Below, in pieces: positions 17,178 to 25,442 of a stretch of DNA of 64,000 nucleotides. The notes under the pieces are model-generated. The model searched no databases. It saw only the letters and a program-made list of their open reading frames with translations, and was not told the DNA's origin. Source of the stretch: Rhodospirillaceae bacterium (GTDB taxonomy: Bacteria > Pseudomonadota > Alphaproteobacteria > MPNO01 > UBA2964); the NCBI GenBank assembly GCA_002720855.1, contig PBIN01000014.1, positions 705,076-769,075 on the forward strand, written 5' to 3'. Each line of letters starts with the position of its first letter. Positions within the stretch are counted from its first letter, which is position 1. The translations under genes were made by a program, and so were the position numbers.

Positions 17178-17900
17178 ATGGATCTTGAGATGTCACACGC
17201 GGTTCTTCATGAATTGGTGACTGCTAATCGGATATTGGCGAACGAAGGCATCGTCGATGCTTTCGGTCACGCGAGCGTCCGGCACCCCGAAAATCCTGAT
17301 CGCTACATTATGGCTTGTTCCAGGAGTCCAGGCATCGTCACCGTCGACGACTTGATGGAGTATACGCTCGACGGCGATCCGCTAGATCAACAAGGACGGC
17401 CAATGTACGCAGAGCGTCACATTCATGGCGGCGTCTATGAAGTTCGGTCAGACATAAAAGCTGTTATCCATAACCATTCTCATGCCGTGATCCCATTTGG
17501 TTTAACCGGGACCGAAATCCGGCCTGTTTTCCACATGGGTTCCACAATGCTCGGACCAGTACCGGTCTGGGATATTGCAGATAATTTTGGCGATACCACC
17601 TTGCTTGTTCTCAATATGGAACAGGGGCGAGATCTTGCGCATGGAATGCAGGGTGGCCGGATTGCATTAATGCGAGGTCATGGCTGTGTCGTCGGCGCTG
17701 ACACGATCAAAGAAGCCGTGATGATTGCAATATATCTTGAGGCCAACGCTAAACTGCAAATGCAGGCCTTGCAGCTCGGCGAGCCTCGCTATATGACCAC
17801 TGGTGAAGTTGAACAATGCAGTGAGAGGATTACTGGCGAACTGGCAATTGATCGTGCGTGGGAGTACTGGACGATTCGCGCGGGTTGCAAGACTGTCTGA
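17178..17900 (+). CDS. class II aldolase/adducin family protein (paralogue 2)
   Basis: VIHNHSHAVIPFG (HxH) and LMRGHGCVVGA (third His). Confidence 0.85.
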   Translation: MDLEMSHAVLHELVTANRILANEGIVDAFGHASVRHPENPDRYIMACSRSPGIVTVDDLMEYTLDGDPLDQQGRPMYAERHIHGGVYEVRSDIKAVIHNHSHAVIPFGLTGTEIRPVFHMGSTMLGPVPVWDIADNFGDTTLLVLNMEQGRDLAHGMQGGRIALMRGHGCVVGADTIKEAVMIAIYLEANAKLQMQALQLGEPRYMTTGEVEQCSERITGELAIDRAWEYWTIRAGCKTV

Positions 17901-18001
17901 TCCGTGTTTTCGATGAACTAAAATAGATGTAGGGTCGCTTCACCTCTCTGATCTCAATTTCCTTTACTCAATGCTCTGCAACGACATGTTGTGTTCGATA
18001 T

Positions 18002-19147
18002 ATGAAGCCTGAAGGTCTCCTCGATATCTATAGTCGGCGTATTGAAAATGGTGAGATACGACCGGATGCCGGCCAGAGCGATGTTGCCACAATTTTACAT
18101 TCCCTGAACGAAGAACTTCTTCAAAACACCGAGAGTCCAAAGGGAATCGGTGGCATGTTGAAATCATTGATTGGCGGTTCAGAAAATACACCGCAACCCA
18201 AAGGCATATACATTTATGGGGCACCTGGTCGTGGCAAGTCCATGTTGATGGATTTGTTTTACGAGTCGACGCCTGTCGTGAAACGGCGCCGTGTCCATGT
18301 CCACCCCTTTATGCAGGAAGTGCAGGCCAAGCTCCACAAATGGCGACAGGAGGGCGGCGGGAAGCAATCTGAGGAACCGCTTCCTCGTTTGGCCCGCGAG
18401 ATTGCCGAGACAAGCCCTCTCCTGTGTTTTGATGAGTTTCAGGTCGAAGCGGTTGTTGATGCCATGATTTTGCGACGGTTGTTTGAGGCCATGTTTGAGT
18501 TTGGCGTTACGGTCGTCGCAACATCCAATACCGCACCCGATGACCTCTATAAAGGTGGTCTACAGCGTGATCGTTTTCTTCCCTTTATTGATTTGCTTAA
18601 AGAGCAGATGCAGGTGATCGAATTGGCAAGCGAAACGGATTATCGCCGGGATCGATTAAAATCTGTTGGCGTGTATCATTCTCCATTGGGAGACGATGCT
18701 GAAAGTGCGTTGGAAGAGGCTTTTCAACGTCTAACTGATGGAGCTGAAATCGGCCAGGAAACCATCACGGTGCATGGACGTACAATTTCGGTGCAGAAAG
18801 CAGCGCGAGGCGTCGCATATTTTCCATTTGCCGATCTTTGCGAGCAACCCTTGGGTCCAGCGGACTATTGGTCAATCGCTTGCCAGTATCAAACGTTAAT
18901 TATTTCCGGCATTCCTCTTTTTAAACCCAGCGACAGAAATACAGCAAAGCGCTTCGCAACACTCATCGAAACCCTATATGAGCAAAAAACCAAACTGGTT
19001 TGTTCAGCGGCGGCTCTTCCCGATCATCTTTATACCGAGGGAGATGGCGCGGCCATTTTTACACGTGTTGCCTCGCGTTTGGAGGAAATGCAATCGGAAG
19101 AATATTTATCGGCGCCGCACAGTCCTGCCAACGCTAAAGCCGCTTAA
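18002..19147 (+). CDS. zapE: cell division protein ZapE (AFG1-like ATPase)
   Basis: Walker A GIYIYGAPGRGKSMLMD and Walker B LLCFDEFQV; typical length of 381 aa. Confidence 0.85.
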   Translation: MKPEGLLDIYSRRIENGEIRPDAGQSDVATILHSLNEELLQNTESPKGIGGMLKSLIGGSENTPQPKGIYIYGAPGRGKSMLMDLFYESTPVVKRRRVHVHPFMQEVQAKLHKWRQEGGGKQSEEPLPRLAREIAETSPLLCFDEFQVEAVVDAMILRRLFEAMFEFGVTVVATSNTAPDDLYKGGLQRDRFLPFIDLLKEQMQVIELASETDYRRDRLKSVGVYHSPLGDDAESALEEAFQRLTDGAEIGQETITVHGRTISVQKAARGVAYFPFADLCEQPLGPADYWSIACQYQTLIISGIPLFKPSDRNTAKRFATLIETLYEQKTKLVCSAAALPDHLYTEGDGAAIFTRVASRLEEMQSEEYLSAPHSPANAKAA

Positions 19148-19153
19148 CATCCT

Positions 19154-20023
19154 TTATAAGGAATTCGGAGTTTCCCACGTTTTCGTCAACAAACCGTCGC
19201 GTTCCGGTGGTAAAAAGACCGCAGCTTCACGACATGCTTCCGCGGCTTCATGTGCGGGCAGGTCTGGGTCCCACTTTGAGCCGATGAAGCGGCATCCGGT
19301 AATCTCCCGCGACTCGTCTGATGCCAGCCACACTGCAGGCGGCACCATCACTTCGGCAGGAAGATATGGTTTTTTACTTTGATTGGCTGCTGCTCTGACG
19401 GCAGGCAAAACAAATTCGGTTTCGACGGCGCCGCCGGGGGCAATACTATTAACTGTTACGCCGCTATCCAATAGATCCTGGGCCCAGCAAAGGGTCATCG
19501 CTTCAAGGGCAGCCTTTGTCGGTCCATAAGGGCTTTCATTGGGACGATACATTGACGATCGTGATTTGGTAACATTTAGAATTTTACCCTCTTTTTGTCG
19601 CAACATCGTTTTTACAACGGCATATGCCATATTGAATGGCCCATTGATATTTGTATCGACGATGGCCTCCCAGCCATCTGGGTTTCCTTCATAGAATTTT
19701 ACGCGATCATCGGCCAACATTCCCTGACCGAGACCGGCGTTATTGATCAACACATCAACTCGACCAAATTTTTCAATGGCGATGTCGACGACGTCATGAC
19801 AAGCGGCCCGATCGGTTACATCTGCCTGAAGGGGTAGAGCAACCCCAGAACCGGCAATGCCATTGATTTCGTGGGCGGTGGCCTCAATTTGATCCCGATT
19901 TTGCGCTGCGGTGACGAGAATGCCCGCAGCTCCTGCGTTCGCATACCCTAGGGCCATGGCACGCCCCAAGCCACGGCCGCCACCCGTAATGATGGCAATT
20001 TTGCCTGCCAAAATCTTTTTCAT
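19154..20023 (-). CDS. SDR family oxidoreductase
   Basis: ITGGGRGLGRA cofactor motif, NNAG, and YGPTKAA catalytic YxxxK. Confidence 0.9.
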   Translation of the reverse strand: MKKILAGKIAIITGGGRGLGRAMALGYANAGAAGILVTAAQNRDQIEATAHEINGIAGSGVALPLQADVTDRAACHDVVDIAIEKFGRVDVLINNAGLGQGMLADDRVKFYEGNPDGWEAIVDTNINGPFNMAYAVVKTMLRQKEGKILNVTKSRSSMYRPNESPYGPTKAALEAMTLCWAQDLLDSGVTVNSIAPGGAVETEFVLPAVRAAANQSKKPYLPAEVMVPPAVWLASDESREITGCRFIGSKWDPDLPAHEAAEACREAAVFLPPERDGLLTKTWETPNSL

Positions 20024-20122
20024 ATTCTGTTCCTATGCTCGCGCTATGAAGCTGCGTTAGAATAGTCATATAGGTCCTATTGACCAATGCTGACTGACTT
20101 TAGGAAGAGGGACAAAAGTACG

Positions 20123-20692
20123 ATGTCGTTAGCTTTTGATGAATGCCCGTTTTGGGATTTTTCCCTGAAAGTGTATGGACAGGAAGGCGTCTCCACGGCG
20201 TGTATAAACCTGCAAGACAAGCATATTTTGGATGTGAACATCATTCTCCTAAGTATGTGGCTCGGTCACGGCGGATATCCGATCATGGATCATGATACCC
20301 TTATGCGGGCACTGAATGTTTCCCGCCGATGGAATAAAGACATAATTTGTGGAATTCGTGCTGTGCGGTTGGCCCTCAAAGATGATTTTTCTCCAATTTC
20401 TGCCGAGAATTGCGAAAATTTACGGCAGAGTATTCTCTCGCTGGAAATCGATGGAGAGCATCTGGAGCAGGTGGCCCTTGCATCGACCGTAACGGCGACG
20501 CCGAATCCAGATTTGGAGCCATCTTTGAGATTGGCAATTTGCACGGCGAATTTGGGATTATATCTCACCCATCTTGAAACCAAGTTGGATGAAAAGGACT
20601 ATGTCGATGTGCGGATTATTCTATCGGCAACATTCCCCAATCTCGAAAGCGAAGCGGTCGATTCTGCGATAGAATCCTTGGCCGCGATTTAA
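20123..20692 (+). CDS. TIGR02444/DUF2390 family hypothetical protein
   Basis: FWDFSLKVYGQEGVSTACINLQDKHILDVNIILLSMWL fits the family N-terminus as I recall it. ATG at 20123 follows GGAAGAGGGA; the ORF track starts at 20087. Confidence 0.65.
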   Translation: MSLAFDECPFWDFSLKVYGQEGVSTACINLQDKHILDVNIILLSMWLGHGGYPIMDHDTLMRALNVSRRWNKDIICGIRAVRLALKDDFSPISAENCENLRQSILSLEIDGEHLEQVALASTVTATPNPDLEPSLRLAICTANLGLYLTHLETKLDEKDYVDVRIILSATFPNLESEAVDSAIESLAAI

Positions 20693-20704
20693 GGGGAATT
20701 TCGA

Positions 20705-20968
20705 ATGGCATATAAATATCTCTCTTTTTTTCGGATTGTTGTCGTTCTAGCATCTGCGGCCTCCGTTTCAGGTTGTGCCGAAACAGTCAAATCGACATCA
20801 AATGAAATTCACGTGGATACAGGGGAGCTGGGCCAGCTATTTCCAAATTCACGCCATTGGATGGCATTGCCGCAGGCAAAAGAGTTTTGCGATAAACACT
20901 CAAAGACAGCCAGTCTTGATGATTTAAAGGGGACGATCGTGATTTATCGGTGTACAAATCAAGAATAA
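20705..20968 (+). CDS. small lipoprotein, hypothetical
   Basis: Signal peptide with lipobox ASVSGC. Confidence 0.55.
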   Translation: MAYKYLSFFRIVVVLASAASVSGCAETVKSTSNEIHVDTGELGQLFPNSRHWMALPQAKEFCDKHSKTASLDDLKGTIVIYRCTNQE

Positions 20969-21071
20969 CCGTCGACTACGCCGACCTATTTTCTGAAATA
21001 GCATGAAATGTGATCCAATTACGCAATGCAAACTCAAGCTTTCGGTGTAGTTTCCTTTTTTTAGTTTCTAC

Positions 21072-21272
21072 CTATGTGTCTTCAAGAAAATCGTCTTTTT
21101 CCAGGGTGTTGATTTCTTCGTCAATTCGACGAACCTCTTTCAAGGCCCAGTCTTGACGGTTCGCGCACTGTTGTTTCCAGCTAAGATTGGAATCAACAGG
21201 ACAGGCCGCGTCTAGTGGCAGAGGGCCGTCGTACCGATTTTCTAAATCTTTAGAGGAATAAAAGATTTCCAA
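21072..21272 (-). CDS. hypothetical 66-aa protein (TTG start)
   Basis: Only an ORF. It has no ATG and no obvious RBS, and it lies directly downstream of operator-like palindromes. Confidence 0.3.
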   Translation of the reverse strand: MEIFYSSKDLENRYDGPLPLDAACPVDSNLSWKQQCANRQDWALKEVRRIDEEINTLEKDDFLEDT

Positions 21273-21283
21273 TCGAATCTCAT

Positions 21284-21303
21284 ATAAGGTGATTGTACCT
21301 TAT
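21284..21303. promoter_or_regulatory. operator-like perfect palindrome ATAAGGT-N6-ACCTTAT (extends to 9+9 bp, 21282..21305)
   Basis: Read directly: ATATAAGGT GATTGT ACCTTATAT. Confidence 0.5.
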
Positions 21304-21338
21304 ATATATTAATAGTTGTCTAAATATAAGTCAATAAG

Positions 21339-21358
21339 ATAAGGTATAAATCCCTAAT
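21339..21358. promoter_or_regulatory. operator-like site ATAAGGT-ATAAAT-CCCTAAT (12/14 match to the palindrome)
   Basis: Same half-site and 6-bp AT-rich spacer, 55 bp from the site at 21284. Confidence 0.4.
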
Positions 21359-21364
21359 TTCAAT

Positions 21365-21979
21365 TCAGAAGAGCCTTCTTGTGACTTCGATCACACGCCC
21401 GACGACTTCGATTTCATCAGTAATGAAAATGGTGTCATAGCTATCAGTGCTGTCAGGTTCCAGACGTGCTGGTTCCGTTCGAAATCTTTTGAAGGTCGCG
21501 TCACCGTTATGTTTGACGACGTAATATTGGCCCGAAGACAATATTCTATCACCGAAGTCAATGACTATCGTGCTCCCTTCTGGTGCAATACGATTCATGC
21601 TGTTTCCCTGAACGCGAAGGGCAATGAGCGTGTCGCGGCTATATGATACTGGTATAAACTCTTCTGCACCGCCTACAGCATAAGGATCGTTGGTTTCCGA
21701 AAGGTCTCCAGCTGCGACCCAGCTGATGACGGGAACGTCCTGTACCGGACCGCTGACCTTGCCGGAGCCGTCATTCGACTGTAGTTCCAGAAGCGCTTCT
21801 AATGTCCATTCCAGCCCACGTGCGATACCTTCCAAAGTATCCCTCCGGGGATTTTTTGACTTGCTTCGGAGAACATTACGTATGGCATCAGGTGTTAACC
21901 CGCCATCGATAGAAGCCCGTCGTGCGGATTTACCAAGCTCCTTTAAACGTCCCCGTATTCGATCTGTAAGCGTCGTCAT
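21365..21979 (-). CDS. CI/LexA-like repressor: N-terminal HTH plus C-terminal S24 self-cleaving peptidase
   Basis: VISWVAAGD, VQGNSMNRIAPEGSTIVID (catalytic Ser) and GDATFKRF (catalytic Lys). ATG at 21979 follows GGGAGGA; the ORF track extends to 22021. Confidence 0.85.
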   Translation of the reverse strand: MTTLTDRIRGRLKELGKSARRASIDGGLTPDAIRNVLRSKSKNPRRDTLEGIARGLEWTLEALLELQSNDGSGKVSGPVQDVPVISWVAAGDLSETNDPYAVGGAEEFIPVSYSRDTLIALRVQGNSMNRIAPEGSTIVIDFGDRILSSGQYYVVKHNGDATFKRFRTEPARLEPDSTDSYDTIFITDEIEVVGRVIEVTRRLF

Positions 21980-22029
21980 ATCGTCCTCCCAGCATCGCGG
22001 TATTTTAACCTTAGATCGCAAAAATGCCG

Positions 22030-22070
22030 ATACGGTAAAAATACCTTAACATGAGGTAAAAAAACCGTAT
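22030..22070. promoter_or_regulatory. two abutting operator-like sites: ATACGGT-AAAAAT-ACCTTAA (22030..22049) and ATGAGGT-AAAAAA-ACCGTAT (22051..22070)
   Basis: Each matches ATAAGGT-N6-ACCTTAT at 12/14 positions. Centres are 21 bp apart. They lie in the divergent region between the repressor gene and ORF 22081. Confidence 0.5.
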
Positions 22071-22073
22071 TAT
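22046..22073 (+). promoter_or_regulatory. candidate rightward promoter (TTAACA-16 nt-TATTAT) that would give a leaderless mRNA for ORF 22081
   Basis: The -10 hexamer ends 7 nt before the ATG at 22081, which has no RBS. Both hexamers are buried in the operator-like sites. Confidence 0.3.
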
Positions 22074-22080
22074 TGGTTAC

Positions 22081-22278
22081 ATGGCAAATATACCTGTATC
22101 AAAAATTGAATCTGTCAGAGATCGGGTAACCGGTCGAAAAAGGCAGAAGAGCTCAAAACGCATGAAACAACGGGTTTGGCAACAAAGAGAACCTAATGGA
22201 TTCGATCCGACGGAGGTGATTGATGGTGAGTTTGACAGCGTCGATCTCGATGCTGTTCTACGGGATATCGAATTCTGA
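22081..22278 (+). CDS. hypothetical 65-aa protein, basic N-terminus and acidic C-terminus
   Basis: ORF divergent from the repressor. No recognisable domain. Confidence 0.4.
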   Translation: MANIPVSKIESVRDRVTGRKRQKSSKRMKQRVWQQREPNGFDPTEVIDGEFDSVDLDAVLRDIEF

Positions 22279-22319
22279 GGCGATGATTTTAAAGCTGAGG
22301 ACTCTTTCTAAAATCAATT

Positions 22320-22871
22320 ATGGGAGGAAAATTGAAAATTCATCGAACGCGTAAGGATCGGTTGAGGCAGGGGTTGCTGGACCAGGAAGAAGAATTGTCT
22401 CCGCCGACATCGCAAACCGTAGAGAAACTACGGAATGATACAATCATTCTTCTTATGTCGAGTGGTGATATTGGTATGGACCATGTTCGCGCAGCGGAGG
22501 ATATCCGGACGATATTTGAGATCGTGTCACGCGGAATGTTTCCAGCAAGTAGTTGGCGATCTGAAACGAACAGGGTGCCGCACAGACGGCGACGGACGGA
22601 TTTTGTTGACCGGATGAACAGCCATGAAGTTCTCATATGGGAAAAGTGCTATTTGCCATGGTCGCATAAGTTGAGTTTAGAGGTAGTCGGCGGAGTTCCC
22701 GGCACTCGATGGCTACAAATGGTTATTGATATTGTGGTAGATAATTTCCCGTTGGACGACGTTGAGAAAAAATATCGCCTAGGCGAGGGAACTGCACTGG
22801 GTTTTTTGGTCAATGGATTGGATAGGTATATAGCCCTCCGGCAAAAATATACGGGAAAGGTTCGGGTTTGA
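22320..22871 (+). CDS. hypothetical protein (183 aa)
   Basis: ORF co-oriented with 22081. No confident family call. Confidence 0.5.
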   Translation: MGGKLKIHRTRKDRLRQGLLDQEEELSPPTSQTVEKLRNDTIILLMSSGDIGMDHVRAAEDIRTIFEIVSRGMFPASSWRSETNRVPHRRRRTDFVDRMNSHEVLIWEKCYLPWSHKLSLEVVGGVPGTRWLQMVIDIVVDNFPLDDVEKKYRLGEGTALGFLVNGLDRYIALRQKYTGKVRV

Positions 22872-22950
22872 ACTGACTCTTGTTGACCTGATACATTGAA
22901 GCTCGTATTTCGGGGTCGGTTTAATTATTGTCCCGAATCTGTTTTCTTGA

Positions 22951-24087
22951 GTGTCGATGACAACAGCAGAAAATACATCTGAAGGCGCTGACGTAGCCGC
23001 AGCGATGCTTGCGGTTGATAGGGCGTCGCATGACTTTCGCCGGGGCCGCGCAGTTCATATTTACGATGAGTCGGGACATTCGGTTGTTGCGGTCGCGTCC
23101 GAACTGGTTACCGAGCAGGCCGTTTCCCGCTTGGCTGTGATCGGTGATAGCGAACCGGCTATAGCAATCACTCATCATCGGGCCAGGACCTTAAAAGTAA
23201 GGCTATATACTGATGAGATAGTACTCATTCCGTTTGCTTCGTGGCGTACGGCGGAAATCGCGAGAACAATTGCTGATCCGACAACGGATTTGGCGAATCC
23301 ATTGCGCGGCCCCTATACCGCTATGAGAGATCCTGTTGCGGACGCCAGTATTGCGGCGGTGCAACTAGCGAAGATTGCGCGCCTATTGCCGTCAGTGATT
23401 TTAGCGTCTTGCGATGAACAAGACGAAACAAATTTCCGCAAAGATGGTATCTCTTCAATTCGCGCTTCGGATGTAATGTCTTATGAAATGGACACGGCAG
23501 GTTCCCTCACGCAAGTGACGGCAGCACGTGTTCCCTTGGAGGAAGCGGAGAACTCGCGGATCTTGTCTTTCCGGTCGCCGGATGGCGGACGTGAGCATCT
23601 TGCCATCATTGTTGGGGAGCCACCAACAGATCGACCAGTATTGGCCCGTTTGCATTCTGAGTGTTTTACGGGAGATCTCGTTGGGTCTTTGAAGTGCGAT
23701 TGCGGCCAGCAGTTGAGGGGGGCGATTTCTCAAATCGCGGAAGAAGGGGCTGGTATCCTCTTATATTTGAGACAAGAGGGGCGCGGCATTGGCCTGACGA
23801 ACAAGTTACGGGCTTATGCGTTACAGGACCAAGGTTTTGATACTGTTGAAGCAAATGAGCGGTTGGGTTTCGAGTCAGATGAACGAATATTCTTACCAGC
23901 AGCGAGAATTTTGAAACAATTGGGGTTTCAGCAAGTGAGATTGATGACGAACAACCCCGATAAGGTTGAGGGATTAACATCTTTTGGTATCGACGTAGTA
24001 GAGCGTGTGCCGCACGCATTTCCTTCAAACGATCACAACGAGTTTTATCTGTCGGTGAAAAAGGAAAAGAGCGGCCATCTGTTGTAA
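22951..24087 (+). CDS. ribA: GTP cyclohydrolase II, long form with a degenerate DHBP-synthase-like N-domain
   Basis: LHSECFTGDLVGSLKCDCGQQL Zn-binding motif, YLRQEGRGIGL and NNPDK. The start could be GTG 22951 or ATG 22957. Confidence 0.9.
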   Translation: MSMTTAENTSEGADVAAAMLAVDRASHDFRRGRAVHIYDESGHSVVAVASELVTEQAVSRLAVIGDSEPAIAITHHRARTLKVRLYTDEIVLIPFASWRTAEIARTIADPTTDLANPLRGPYTAMRDPVADASIAAVQLAKIARLLPSVILASCDEQDETNFRKDGISSIRASDVMSYEMDTAGSLTQVTAARVPLEEAENSRILSFRSPDGGREHLAIIVGEPPTDRPVLARLHSECFTGDLVGSLKCDCGQQLRGAISQIAEEGAGILLYLRQEGRGIGLTNKLRAYALQDQGFDTVEANERLGFESDERIFLPAARILKQLGFQQVRLMTNNPDKVEGLTSFGIDVVERVPHAFPSNDHNEFYLSVKKEKSGHLL

Positions 24088-24099
24088 GGAATAGATTCC

Positions 24100-24128
24100 T
24101 TGACAAGTGATGCCTTGCCAAGTATATT
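24100..24128 (+). promoter_or_regulatory. near-consensus sigma70-type promoter TTGACA-17 nt-TATATT
   Basis: Hexamers at 24100..24105 and 24123..24128, read directly. Function not demonstrated. Confidence 0.4.
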
Positions 24129-24150
24129 TGTAAAAGTCACAGAATTGAAA

Positions 24151-24178
24151 AAGCCTCGCATCGCGGGGCTTTTTGTTT
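24151..24178 (+). terminator. intrinsic terminator (9-bp GC-rich stem, 3-nt loop, TTTTTGTTT tail)
   Basis: AAGCCTCGC-ATC-GCGGGGCTT followed by a T-tract. An A-tract upstream makes it potentially bidirectional. Confidence 0.65.
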
Positions 24179-24200
24179 GGAAATATCACATAGGTATTAA

Positions 24201-25409
24201 ATGGGCGCACGTCGGAAGGCATCCCTTAAAAACGGCTTGGCCGGTTTGCCTGAGTTCGCTATGCACAACCTTCTGATCCGAACGAAAAGAGGGGAAATAT
24301 CGCCTCTGGAATTCAATCGGGTTCAAAGTGGAGTGCACCAAAGACTTGAAGATATGTTGCAAAGAACGGGCCGTGTAAGAGCCCTGATTCTGAAAGCAAG
24401 ACAGCCAGGTGTTTCGACTTATGTCCAGAGTCGCTTTTACGAAAAATTGCTTCGTCGTCATGGTACCCAAGCGTATATTCTCACGCATCAGAGAGACGCA
24501 ACAGAAGTTATATTTGAGATTGCTGAACGATTTCATGAAAATAATCCGGATCCCAATAAACCGAAAACCGCCGTTGCAAATGCAAAGGAAATATGCTTTG
24601 CGGAAATTGACAGCGGATACCGTGTTGGTACAGCCGGAAGCAAAGCGGTAGGTCGCGGTCAGACCTTTCAATTGTTTCACGGTTCAGAAGTCGCCTTTTG
24701 GCCTAACCCGGGCTCCCATATGGCCGGTCTAATGCAAGCCGTCCCCGATACAGATGATACCGAGACCGTACTTGATGATGCTACTGCAGCGGATGCGCGC
24801 GCAACGCTGGGTGCCCAGGCGGATTTGGATGTTCCAAGCCAAACGGAAGCTGAGACTGGTACGGCAACCGATGAACGAATTTGGACTGCGGAACGTGTCA
24901 AACAAGCCATCGTTGCTCTTGCGCCAGCACCGCCACCCGTGGAAACGGTTCCAGCAGGTGTAATGTTTGACTTTGGTGGTTCTGGATCATTACCAAGCGG
25001 CTATTTGTTATGCGACGGCGCATCCGTTTCCAGAACAACTTACGCCGATCTGTTTGCGGCTATAGGCACGACATGGGGGGCCGTTGACGGTGCTTCGTTC
25101 AACCTTCCCGATACACGAAGGCGGGTGTCAGTAGGCTCAGGTGGTTCAGGGACTGGCAATCTTGGAAACGCCGTAGGCGATACCTGTGGCGCCGAGACGC
25201 AAATGCTTTCAATCGGCGAAATGCCAGCACATAATCACACTTGGGACTATTCCTCTACTGGATTTGGCCATCCTACGTCTGATGGAAATACCGGAAGTGG
25301 TTCTCAGCTCAGGATTGCAATAAACTCTTCGACAAATCCGACGGATGGTAATGGTAGTCATAGTAATATGCAACCATCTTATATCATTCAAAAGATTATA
25401 AAGTATTGA
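24201..25409 (+). CDS. chimeric ORF: terminase-large-subunit-like ATPase N-terminal fragment fused to a phage tail-fibre C-terminus with a tail-collar domain
   Basis: Residues 1-187 carry ILKARQPGVSTY (deviant Walker A) and QLFHGSEVAFW. Residues about 190-402 carry ARATLGA, TAERVKQAI, PSGYLLCDGASVSRTTYADLFAAIGTTWG, FNLPDTRRR and GEMPAHNH (tail-collar/MdpB pattern). Confidence 0.6.
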   Translation: MGARRKASLKNGLAGLPEFAMHNLLIRTKRGEISPLEFNRVQSGVHQRLEDMLQRTGRVRALILKARQPGVSTYVQSRFYEKLLRRHGTQAYILTHQRDATEVIFEIAERFHENNPDPNKPKTAVANAKEICFAEIDSGYRVGTAGSKAVGRGQTFQLFHGSEVAFWPNPGSHMAGLMQAVPDTDDTETVLDDATAADARATLGAQADLDVPSQTEAETGTATDERIWTAERVKQAIVALAPAPPPVETVPAGVMFDFGGSGSLPSGYLLCDGASVSRTTYADLFAAIGTTWGAVDGASFNLPDTRRRVSVGSGGSGTGNLGNAVGDTCGAETQMLSIGEMPAHNHTWDYSSTGFGHPTSDGNTGSGSQLRIAINSSTNPTDGNGSHSNMQPSYIIQKIIKY

Positions 25410-25442
25410 TTCAACATAAGAATTGAAGTTATACCATTTGGA

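Larger units (their letters stand above)
21072..25409. mobile_element. probable degraded prophage remnant: immunity module plus a chimeric terminase/tail-fibre ORF, with ribA lying between them
   Basis: CI-like S24 repressor with repeated operators and small divergent genes, plus an ORF joining terminase-like and tail-collar parts. No integrase, att sites or other structural genes are seen, so the boundaries are soft. Confidence 0.35.

Noticed and set aside
22872-22950. FMN riboswitch upstream of ribA
   Set aside because: The gap is only about 80 nt. I see none of the conserved FMN-element helices or motifs.
24186-24680. 164-aa minus-strand ORF opposite the terminase-like part of the chimeric ORF
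   Set aside because: The plus-strand frame carries recognisable terminase motifs. The antisense product has none, and it would start inside the downstream part of that gene.
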